From the NCBI GenBank assembly GCA_002423385.1, contig DIVV01000135.1, forward strand, positions 8,019 through 72,018: a DNA stretch of 64,000 bases. Reading direction: 5' to 3'. The notes below the pieces were generated by a model, which did not search any database, had not been told where the DNA came from, and was given only the letters and a program-made list of their open reading frames with translations. Source of the stretch: a bacterium UBP16_UBA6123. Lineage in GTDB: Bacteria > Muiribacteriota > UBA9980. Positions within the stretch are counted from its first letter, which is position 1; each line of letters begins with the position of its first letter. Shown piece by piece: positions 57,003 to 64,000 of the stretch. Made by a program: the position numbers and the translations under genes.

Positions 57003-58838
57003 TTATCTTTTAAGCCTTATTTTCGGGCGCAGGTCTTGATTCGGGGCGTTGCTGATATCGTTAGCCTGTTCCATAAGCGTTTTATGCGGTCCGCCTTCTA
57101 TATCGCGGAATTTGACGAATCCTTCGTTCATGAGTTTTTTCAGAAGCGTTTCGATGCGGCTGAATCGATAAGCGTTGGTGCTTTCTTTAAAGCCGAGTTC
57201 GAAAAACCTGTTTTCTTCTATGAAGAAGAAGTACTGAACGCATGGTGATTTGCCTTCGGGCGCGTCGCGGTTTTTATCCAGGTGCAGGCTCAGTATATCT
57301 ATTTTAGGCAGATGTATAGGGTCTTTATTCATAGATTCAGCCAGATGGGCCATCTGGTTGTATAATTCTTTCGAATCGCCCCAGTCTTTGCTTAATATCA
57401 TCGCGCAGTCCAGATCGTATTCGATGTCGCCGGAGCCTTTGCAATGGTACAAACCCGGCCTTTCATCGTCATTTTCGGTTATTTCGATCATACAGCCTTC
57501 TTTGTTTAAAGACGATATGATTATAAGCGGGCAGTTAAGTTCTATGGTAAGGCGTTTCAGGTCGGTGGATATCTCTTCCACTCTGAATTTTTCGGAGTCG
57601 TAATTTCTGGCGATCGGCATTTTCTGGATATAATCGCAGACTATTAAAACCTCGTCGGTTTGATGGTCCTGCATGGCGTTATAGGCGTGGGCCTTGATGC
57701 GGTCAACCGTGTCTTCTTTGGTGCCTTCGATTACATAAAGGCAGTCCATGTATTGTTCCATTTTAACCCAGCCCTGGGCGAATTTCATATCGTTTTCGGG
57801 CACGCCCTTGATGCGGCGTCGTTGAAGAGTGTCGGGGTTGATCCTGGTTTCTTTAGCTAAAAGCCTGTAGGTGAGGTTCTTTTTAGTCTGTTCCCAGGTG
57901 AAGAACAGGACGGGCTTTTTGCTGTTAGAGGCCACCAGCGTGGCTAATTCGAGAGTAAAATTGGTCTTGCCGCGCCTCGGCGCGCCCGCTATGCCGTATA
58001 AAAATCCGCGCCTGAGGCCTGAAATGGCGCTGCTTAAATCGCTGAAAGGTTTCAGCGAATATCCAAGGCAGTCTTTTTCGCCTTCGAGCTCGCGCTGATT
58101 GATATCCTGAGCTATTTCAATCATCTGCGCCTTGATGAGCTGTATTTCTTTTTTGGACTGAGCCCTCTGGATATCGCGAATTTCTTTGGTGATTTCGCTC
58201 GAAAAATCGATGAAGCTCATTTTGGCTTCCTTATCGACGCCCTTTAAAAAATTATTGATGCGATGAGTGATTTCGCGAAGCTGATGCTTTGAACTTTCTT
58301 CTCGCAGTATCTTAAGATAAGCCATCACCTGCGAAAGTTGAGGCACGCGCGATTTAGTGACCAGGTCGAAAAAGCGTTTCATATTATCGTCGAAAAGTTT
58401 GTTCTGTTCGAGCTTATTTCTTATTATTATCGCGTCAACTACTTTTTCGCGGCCGACTCCGGCGTAAACGTCCTGTATCATTCTGAAAATATGCTTCGAA
58501 TAAATATTATGAAGCATTTTTTCATTGAAGCCTTCGTTTAATACCTTGCCGAGCATGTACTGATCGTTTATAAAGCCGTTTAGTATGGTTATTTCTATTT
58601 CTTCGTTTAAATCGGAAGCCGGCGGCATTTCATAAGAATGTGATGACGGCGCGGCCGCTGTCACGCCGGAGGATTCTACTCTGCTGGCTGCTTGAGCGTC
58701 GCCGCCCGTGGCGCTTTTATCGCGTACGGCGCGAAGCGGCTCCGTACGGGCGCTCTGGAATATAGAAAACGCGCATTTGCCGCAAATTCCGGAAAAGTTG
58801 CTTTCGGGTATGCCTGCACCGCATTTTTTGCATTTCAT
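57003..58838 (-). CDS. DnaB-family helicase with N-terminal Cys4 zinc ribbon and ~90-aa C-terminal extension
   Basis: CKKCGAGIPESNFSGICGKC; DnaB-N-like segment (FNEKMLHNIYSKHIFRMIQDVY...); RecA-like core with Walker A GAPRRGKT, Walker B VLIVCDYIQKM, and KGSGDIEYDLD. Confidence 0.55.
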   Translation of the reverse strand: MKCKKCGAGIPESNFSGICGKCAFSIFQSARTEPLRAVRDKSATGGDAQAASRVESSGVTAAAPSSHSYEMPPASDLNEEIEITILNGFINDQYMLGKVLNEGFNEKMLHNIYSKHIFRMIQDVYAGVGREKVVDAIIIRNKLEQNKLFDDNMKRFFDLVTKSRVPQLSQVMAYLKILREESSKHQLREITHRINNFLKGVDKEAKMSFIDFSSEITKEIRDIQRAQSKKEIQLIKAQMIEIAQDINQRELEGEKDCLGYSLKPFSDLSSAISGLRRGFLYGIAGAPRRGKTNFTLELATLVASNSKKPVLFFTWEQTKKNLTYRLLAKETRINPDTLQRRRIKGVPENDMKFAQGWVKMEQYMDCLYVIEGTKEDTVDRIKAHAYNAMQDHQTDEVLIVCDYIQKMPIARNYDSEKFRVEEISTDLKRLTIELNCPLIIISSLNKEGCMIEITENDDERPGLYHCKGSGDIEYDLDCAMILSKDWGDSKELYNQMAHLAESMNKDPIHLPKIDILSLHLDKNRDAPEGKSPCVQYFFFIEENRFFELGFKESTNAYRFSRIETLLKKLMNEGFVKFRDIEGGPHKTLMEQANDISNAPNQDLRPKIRLKR

Positions 58839-58890
58839 TCAATAAACCTCCGATAATTTTACCTCAGCCGCGTTTGTATCTTCGCGCCGT

Positions 58891-59952
58891 TCAGTTTAAA
58901 CAGTTGTGGCAGGCAGCGAATCGGCCTGCCGTGACTTCTTTCAGCGCCGGGCGTTCTTTTAAGCATATATCGGTTTTAAAATCGCAGCGCGGGCTGAAGT
59001 AACAGTAATTACCGGACGATTCGACTTCGTTTATATCCGCTACGGAAAGGTCCGATACTTCTTTATGCGTTAATTCGTTGTTTTCAAATTTCTTCAAAAA
59101 ATTTTCGCGTGATTTTTCGTCGAATGTGAGTATTGAATCTTTTAATAATTTAGAGTACGGATGATACTGTTTATTAAAAAAAAGGCCGCCAGGGGCTAAT
59201 TCCATAACCCGTCCCATGTAGAGCACCATCACCCTGTCGCTTATGTGATTTATTACCGCCAGGTTATGTGAAATAAAAATATAAGTCAGGCCGAATTCGG
59301 CCTGCAGGTCGCGCATTAAATTCAACACCTGCGCCTGCACCGATACGTCGAGCGCTGAGACCGGCTCGTCGGCGATAATTATTTCAGGATTGAGAGCCAG
59401 CGCCCTCGCTATGCCTATTCTTTGCTTTTGCCCGCCCGAGAACTCGTGTGGATAGCGCTGCGCCATCTCGGCTGAAATGCCGACTTTTTCAAGAAGGCCG
59501 TAAACGAATTCGCGCCTTTCGTTTTTGCGCGGGTAGATATCATGAACTATGAGCGGCTCTTCTACTATCTGATTGGCCCGCCATTTCGGGTCTAAACTGA
59601 GATTGGGGTCCTGAAAGATCATTTGAAACTTTCGCCGGTATTTAAAAAGCTCGGCCCGCGATTTTATCTGAAAAAAATCTATGCCGCCGGGGCCGTATTC
59701 GGACCCGTGATATATCAGGCTGCCTCCGGCGGGCTCTATAAGGCGCATTATGGTCTTGCCGAGCGTCGATTTACCGCAGCCCGATTCGCCGACGATGCCG
59801 AGCGTTTCGCCGCGCGCTATTTTAAAATTGACGCCGTCAACGGCTTTTTTGTAGCCGTAAAGTTTTTGGAACAGTCCGCGGCGCATGGGAAAATAAGTTT
59901 TAATGCCGCTGGCCTCGAGTATCGCATTTTTATCGGGCGCCATATAAGCCAT
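58891..59952 (-). CDS. ABC transporter ATP-binding protein, oligopeptide/dipeptide (OppF/DppF) type, no cognate permease/SBP adjacent
   Basis: Walker [10 protein letters not shown], signature [15 protein letters not shown], Walker B IIIADEP, C-terminal oligo_HPY-like tail. Confidence 0.75.
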   Translation of the reverse strand: MAYMAPDKNAILEASGIKTYFPMRRGLFQKLYGYKKAVDGVNFKIARGETLGIVGESGCGKSTLGKTIMRLIEPAGGSLIYHGSEYGPGGIDFFQIKSRAELFKYRRKFQMIFQDPNLSLDPKWRANQIVEEPLIVHDIYPRKNERREFVYGLLEKVGISAEMAQRYPHEFSGGQKQRIGIARALALNPEIIIADEPVSALDVSVQAQVLNLMRDLQAEFGLTYIFISHNLAVINHISDRVMVLYMGRVMELAPGGLFFNKQYHPYSKLLKDSILTFDEKSRENFLKKFENNELTHKEVSDLSVADINEVESSGNYCYFSPRCDFKTDICLKERPALKEVTAGRFAACHNCLN

Positions 59953-60004
59953 CCGTTTATTCTATCATATGATAAATTACATCCGTTGAATCAAGTCGGT
60001 TAAG

Positions 60005-60556
60005 TTAAATTATTTCTTTAAATATTTCGGCCTTCGGCGAAGGTATTACGACGGCGTTAACTAAAAGCCCTTTTTCGCCTATTATTTTAACGGCGGCATC
60101 TACCGCCTCGCGGACGTTTGAAACCGTTCCGGTCATCGTGCAGTAAGCCTTTCCGCCAAGCGCCATAGCGAGCCTTATTTCGATAAGCTCTACGTTAGCC
60201 GCTTTGACGGCCGCGTCGGCGCCTTCTATAAGAGAGGCCACCGAAAAGGCTTCTACGATTCCCAGCGCGTCGGGTTTGCAAAAATCGCAGGCGCCCTTAA
60301 TGGCTTTAAAAACCGATTCGTGAACGTTAGGGATCACGAAGGAATCTATCAAAGTATTTGCGGCGGCTTCGATTCCCGCTTCTACCGAAGATTTTACCGC
60401 GGCGACCTCGCCGCCCACTAAAGCTACGAATTTGCCCGAACATACGGTTCTGAGTAATAACAATTCGGTGTTCGCAGCTTTTATCATCGTGTCGCCGATT
60501 AAAAAACCGGAGGCGACAGAAGATGATTCTATTATTCCAATAGCTCTGCTAGTCAT
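60005..60556 (-). CDS. pduT: Tandem-BMC-domain microcompartment shell protein, PduT-like (Fe-S pore Cys conserved)
   Basis: 183 aa, two BMC repeats (AIGIIESSSVASG...KAANTEL and ALGIVEAFSVASL...KAANVEL); near-collinear with Salmonella PduT including RTVCSGKF (PduT TICPGKF, 4Fe-4S ligand Cys). Confidence 0.75.
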   Translation of the reverse strand: MTSRAIGIIESSSVASGFLIGDTMIKAANTELLLLRTVCSGKFVALVGGEVAAVKSSVEAGIEAAANTLIDSFVIPNVHESVFKAIKGACDFCKPDALGIVEAFSVASLIEGADAAVKAANVELIEIRLAMALGGKAYCTMTGTVSNVREAVDAAVKIIGEKGLLVNAVVIPSPKAEIFKEII

Positions 60557-60587
60557 GATTCTTTTCCTTTCCCGGATTAAATGATCA

Positions 60588-60640
60588 GTTGTTAGTCGTT
60601 AGGGGGCCGTTAGTCGTTAGTTGTTAGTTATTAGAGGTTA
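60588..60640. repeat. GTTAG-based direct repeats (GTTAGTCGTTAG x2 separated by GGGGCC, plus further GTTAG copies) in the PduS-like/PduT spacer
   Basis: Seen directly: 60591-60602 and 60609-60620 are identical 12-mers; additional gttag at 60623-60627 and ttattag following. Confidence 0.8.
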
Positions 60641-60690
60641 CTAAATTAAATATAGTTGGCAGTTTCACGCGTTGTGTTATTTTTAAAGCG

Positions 60691-62025
60691 TTAAACGGCT
60701 TTTATTATTATGGCGTCTTTTCTTATCGAAGAAACCGTTCCGTCTATCGAGGCGTGAATGTCGGCGCCAAGTTTATTTTCGGCCATAGTGGCTATCAACT
60801 GCCCTTTTTTAACGGTTTCACCTATTGACACTAAAGGTTCCGCGGGCTGGCCTATATGCTGTTTTAATAATATAGTTACCGATTCGGGTTTGATTTCGAT
60901 TAAATTCAGTTCGGCATGATCGTTATAGCCGCCAAGCCCGATTTTATTTATTAATTTTTTAGTCGGCACTTTTCGATATTGCGCCATAGGATGAGCTTTT
61001 AAATTATCTTTTTTCGCTTCGAATTTTAATCCGCCCGCTATGGCGTCACGCTTGGCCGAGGCGCACATAAAGTTGGGCAGCAAATCTTCGGGGCACGAAT
61101 AAAAACCGCATAAACCGCACTCTACGCATCCCGACGCCCATTTAGTTATCAGCGGATCGTTTTGCGAGCTCATTAAAAGAGTGCGCATTACGCGGTGCGG
61201 CTCTATCTGGTGGCCGACGAGGTAGCGCGGGCAGAACTCGGTGCAGTAGGAGCATTGATCGCAGGCCGATTTGCCGACTTTTTTGAACTGCGCAGGTTTT
61301 TGGGTTTTGCGCTGTATGAATTTATGTCCGGCTGAAAGCACTATATATCCCGAAGAGGTTTTAGTGATCGGAGTTTCGGCGTCATAAACTATCTCGCTCA
61401 TCATGGCGCCGCCCGACATATAAACCGGATCGGAAACAAGTGTTTTTCCCGCCAGGCCGATGATATCTGAAATTTTAACGCCTATAGGCACTTTCAGGGT
61501 TATCGGATGTTCGACTTCGCCGGCGATAGTTAAAAATTTGTCGGTAACTGGCGCCGAAGTTTTATAGGCGGCAAAAATATTATAAAAAGTTTCAACATTT
61601 GAAACTATAACGCCAACATTGAGCGGAATTCCCCCTGGCGGCACGATACGGCCGAGTACGTCGCTCACCATCACCACTTCGTCGCCCGCCGGATAATAAT
61701 CGCCGATAATATGTATTTTAATTCTACCGTCGAGCTTATTAGCGGCGATTATCTCATTCATTTTTTCGATAGCTTCTTTATTTTTGCTTTTAAGCGCTAT
61801 TATACCGCATTTTGCAGATGAATTAGCCGTGGTTAAAAGCAGGCCGCCGATTATCTCTTCGGCGAAGTTCTTCATCATTTCTTTATCTTTACATAAAAGA
61901 GGTTCGCACTCGGCGCCGTTGACGATAATGGTATCGACTTTAGCGTTCATTTTAACGTGAGACGGAAATCCGGCGCCGCCAGCGCCTACTATTCCGGCTT
62001 TTTTGATCGTATCGATTAAATTCAT
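60691..62025 (-). CDS. RnfC/complex-I-51K-family flavo-Fe-S oxidoreductase, PduS-like
   Basis: GAGGAGFP nucleotide/FMN motif, two 4Fe-4S motifs (CDQCSYCTEFCP, CVECGLCGFYSCP), 444 aa, immediately upstream of pduT as in pdu operons. Confidence 0.6.
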   Translation of the reverse strand: MNLIDTIKKAGIVGAGGAGFPSHVKMNAKVDTIIVNGAECEPLLCKDKEMMKNFAEEIIGGLLLTTANSSAKCGIIALKSKNKEAIEKMNEIIAANKLDGRIKIHIIGDYYPAGDEVVMVSDVLGRIVPPGGIPLNVGVIVSNVETFYNIFAAYKTSAPVTDKFLTIAGEVEHPITLKVPIGVKISDIIGLAGKTLVSDPVYMSGGAMMSEIVYDAETPITKTSSGYIVLSAGHKFIQRKTQKPAQFKKVGKSACDQCSYCTEFCPRYLVGHQIEPHRVMRTLLMSSQNDPLITKWASGCVECGLCGFYSCPEDLLPNFMCASAKRDAIAGGLKFEAKKDNLKAHPMAQYRKVPTKKLINKIGLGGYNDHAELNLIEIKPESVTILLKQHIGQPAEPLVSIGETVKKGQLIATMAENKLGADIHASIDGTVSSIRKDAIIIKAV

Positions 62026-62048
62026 TGCTTATCCCCGATCTTTTTGGT

Positions 62049-63062
62049 TTATTGCATACTGCTAAACATTTTAACGCTTGAAAGCCGCTCTATGTCTTGA
62101 AGCGGCAGATTGATGAATTTTTTGACTATTTCAGGATTGAACCGCGCGCCCGAGTCGTTTTTTAATATATCGACGGCTTCTATCGCAGGAAGGGCGGCCC
62201 GGTTAAGCAGCCCGTGCGTCATTATGTCGTAACTATCTGCTATGGCCACTATTTGAGCGCCAAGCGGTATTTTATCGCCGGCGATACCGTCGGGAAACCC
62301 TGCGCCGTTATATTTTTCGTGATGATGTAAAATAATCGAAAGAGAGCGCGTCATGGCTTTAAGCGGCGCGCAGATTTCGTAGCCGAGCATCGGGTGTTTT
62401 TTATAAATTTCGTATTCGTGTTCGGAGAGTGCATCGGTTTTTTCTAATATTTCGGTCGGAACGCCTATTTTGCCTATATCGTGAAGGTAGGCGCCGAACT
62501 CTATTTCGGTGATCTCGTCCCGCGTTAAATTCATCATTCGCGCGCATTCGGTCGCATACATTCCCACGCGCTTCGAGTGCCCTTTTCTGAAAGTGTCTTT
62601 AAAATCAGTGGCGAAAGCGAACGACATTATCACATTGCGCGAGCTTTCAAGCTGACTTCCGAGGTGCTTGAATTTTAAAAGCGTTTTAACTCTGGTTAAA
62701 AGCTCTCTTTTATTGATAGGCTTGGTTAAAAATTCGTCCGCGCCCAGTTCGATGCCCTTAAGTTTATCGTCGAGCTGGTTTAAAGCTGAAATAATTATTA
62801 TAGGAGTTCTTTTCGTGTTTTCGTTTTCCTTGACTTCACGGCATATTTCAAAGCCGTTTATTCCGGGCATTAAAACGTCGAGCAGTATCAAATCGGGGCG
62901 CGATTCATTTATTAACGAAATCGCGCGCGTACCGTCTTCAAGGGTTTCGACGAAATATCCTTCTTTTTCGAGGATCATTTTAAGTATTTTAAGATTGTTT
63001 TCGTTATCGTCGACGGCGAGTATTTTATATTTTTGCTCGCTGAATAAATTGGTTGAATTCAT
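62049..63062 (-). CDS. Response regulator with HD-GYP phosphodiesterase output domain
   Basis: REC domain (ILAVDDN...LILLDVLMPGINGF...K); HD motif YLHDIGKIG and HHHEKYNGAGFP (HD-GYP signature). Confidence 0.75.
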   Translation of the reverse strand: MNSTNLFSEQKYKILAVDDNENNLKILKMILEKEGYFVETLEDGTRAISLINESRPDLILLDVLMPGINGFEICREVKENENTKRTPIIIISALNQLDDKLKGIELGADEFLTKPINKRELLTRVKTLLKFKHLGSQLESSRNVIMSFAFATDFKDTFRKGHSKRVGMYATECARMMNLTRDEITEIEFGAYLHDIGKIGVPTEILEKTDALSEHEYEIYKKHPMLGYEICAPLKAMTRSLSIILHHHEKYNGAGFPDGIAGDKIPLGAQIVAIADSYDIMTHGLLNRAALPAIEAVDILKNDSGARFNPEIVKKFINLPLQDIERLSSVKMFSSMQ

Positions 63063-63120
63063 CGTTTATCGCTCCCGTTAAAATCGCGTACATTAATTTT
63101 ATCAAAAGTTGGCCGCTTTG

Positions 63121-63612
63121 TCAAATTGTAGAGATTTCTTTTTTTAATTTTTCGTCAATATTAATGAATTTAAATTTAAATATCCTTAAATTTTCATCCT
63201 CTTCGATATCTTGTGAAATTTCGCCTATTATGGTAGGAGCATCCGGGAGATATCCCATATCGCCGAATTTATCGGCCCACTCGACCGCCATGACGAACTT
63301 TTCAGAACCGGCGTATTCGTAAAAATCAAAACTCATAAGATCGGAGCTCTCCAAAAGTCTGTATAAATCGATATGATAAAGCGGATAAACGCCGCCCGTA
63401 TATTCTTTGACTATGGTAAAAGAAGGGCTTAAAACCGGCCCGTCGATTCCTAATCCGTGCGCAAGCCCTGAAACGAAAGCCGTTTTTCCGCAGCCGAGGC
63501 CGCCGTTTAGCGCGAATATAAAACGGCCGCCTTCTTTACTTTCTGCGATATTTAAACCGAATTTTTTGCCGAGCCGGTATGTTTGCTCGAATGAATAAGT
63601 TTTACAGATCAT
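63121..63612 (-). CDS. tsaE: tRNA threonylcarbamoyladenosine biosynthesis ATPase
   Basis: P-loop LNGGLGCGKTAFVSGLAHGLGI and PSFTIV..Y....LYHIDLYRL typical of TsaE/YjeE; 163 aa. Confidence 0.7.
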   Translation of the reverse strand: MICKTYSFEQTYRLGKKFGLNIAESKEGGRFIFALNGGLGCGKTAFVSGLAHGLGIDGPVLSPSFTIVKEYTGGVYPLYHIDLYRLLESSDLMSFDFYEYAGSEKFVMAVEWADKFGDMGYLPDAPTIIGEISQDIEEDENLRIFKFKFINIDEKLKKEISTI

Positions 63613-63630
63613 AAATATTAAAGTCCCCGT

Positions 63631-64000
63631 CTATATTTCGCTTAATTTATCTATTATCGAAGCATTCGTTCCGGCTTTTATAATAATGCCGCTTATATCG
63701 CTTCCATCTTCACCGGCTGCGCCGCTTTTATCTAAAACCGTTTCTGAAGATATCGAATAGACCCTGCAATTATCATAATCGCGGGCAAGTTCATAATAAT
63801 CCGCGATTGCGCCGCCGAGTTTTCCTTTTATAAAGCCGCTCCCGTTTAAAGCCGCGCAGAGCGAATCGAAGGCGGTTTTTAACGCAATTTTGTCTCCGCT
63901 GATTTTAACATAACAGCCGTCTATTTTAGAAATTTTACGGTTGTTTTTATAATCGATATATTTTGATGAATTAACTCGCGTTATGTCTAAACCGCTAAAA
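63631..64000 (-). CDS. Hypothetical protein, C-terminal part (5' end outside window)
   Basis: Open frame on minus strand from window edge to TAG (plus 63631-63633); translation ...KISGDKIALKTAFDSLCAALNGSGFIKGKLGGAIADYYELARDYDN...; family not recognised. Confidence 0.3.
   Translation of the reverse strand, partial: FSGLDITRVNSSKYIDYKNNRKISKIDGCYVKISGDKIALKTAFDSLCAALNGSGFIKGKLGGAIADYYELARDYDNCRVYSISSETVLDKSGAAGEDGSDISGIIIKAGTNASIIDKLSEI

Noticed and set aside
57003-58838. Intein or mobile insertion inside the DnaB-like gene
   Set aside because: The extra length is accounted for by N- and C-terminal extensions and a linker. RecA-like motifs are contiguous with no intein-like block between Walker A and B.
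525-63598. Numerous 60-190-aa ORFs in the six-frame track lying antisense or out of frame within larger genes (e.g. 525-761, 859-1053, 2119-2334, 3692-3985, 9645-10064, 28504-29079, 36035-36834, 45084-45578, 53195-53494, 55188-56454)
   Set aside because: Each is fully embedded in a longer ORF that carries recognisable family motifs. Compositions are Arg/Ser/Pro-rich as expected for off-frame reading of coding sequence.
1-64000. CRISPR arrays, rRNA/tRNA genes, transposases/integrases
   Set aside because: No regularly spaced direct repeats of CRISPR type, no rRNA/tRNA-like conserved segments, and no ORF with DDE/tyrosine-recombinase/serine-recombinase motifs noticed. The window appears chromosomal rather than an obvious mobile island.

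Overview
This window reads as a low-GC bacterial chromosome segment with short AT-rich intergenic spacers, probably from an anaerobic diderm: it carries an outer-membrane beta-barrel fragment, a sigma-54 activator, many Fe-S, flavodoxin and radical-SAM proteins, SelB, and BMC shell PduT. I found no rRNA or tRNA genes, no CRISPR array, and no obvious transposase or integrase. The content is mostly accessory-metabolic and regulatory. Main features by position: (i) 841-8529, a plus-strand array of ZnuA/TroA-like metal binding protein, ABC-3 permease (no ATPase gene), Cys/Met-family PLP enzyme, radical SAM, DUF89-like protein, two tandem DUF364 paralogs and an MBL-fold hydrolase. (ii) 9348-14351, a redox-stress cluster of NADH-oxidase-like flavoprotein, Cys-rich secreted protein, IscU-like scaffold, DUF302, BtuF-like binding protein and peroxiredoxin. 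(iii) Fic, TPR, AKR-ferredoxin fusion and methyltransferase genes. (iv) 20559-24727, a secreted C25 (gingipain-like) peptidase, a Nif11-type leader peptide RiPP precursor with a GG cleavage site and a 17-aa Trp-rich core, and a PD40 beta-propeller protein, around a divergent promoter with a perfect 16-bp palindrome and a 12-bp tandem repeat. (v) 25643-33159, an NCS1 permease and a three-subunit xanthine-dehydrogenase-family molybdoenzyme divergent from a PAS/sigma-54 activator. (vi) HD, flavodoxin-ferredoxin, GDPD, M20D, ankyrin, DUF362 and DUF1844 genes, then truA and two giant hybrid histidine kinases. (vii) 48523-58838, a long minus-strand array: zinc-ribbon DnaB-like helicase, two paralogous zinc-ribbon membrane proteins, TctA-like and CcdA-like membrane proteins, selB, B12-binding radical SAM/DUF4080, ferredoxin, terminator. 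(viii) 58891-63612, an orphan OppF-type ATPase, a PduS-like/PduT pair with no other microcompartment genes, an HD-GYP response regulator and tsaE. Most product calls rest on motifs I recognise by eye and need HMM or BLAST confirmation.
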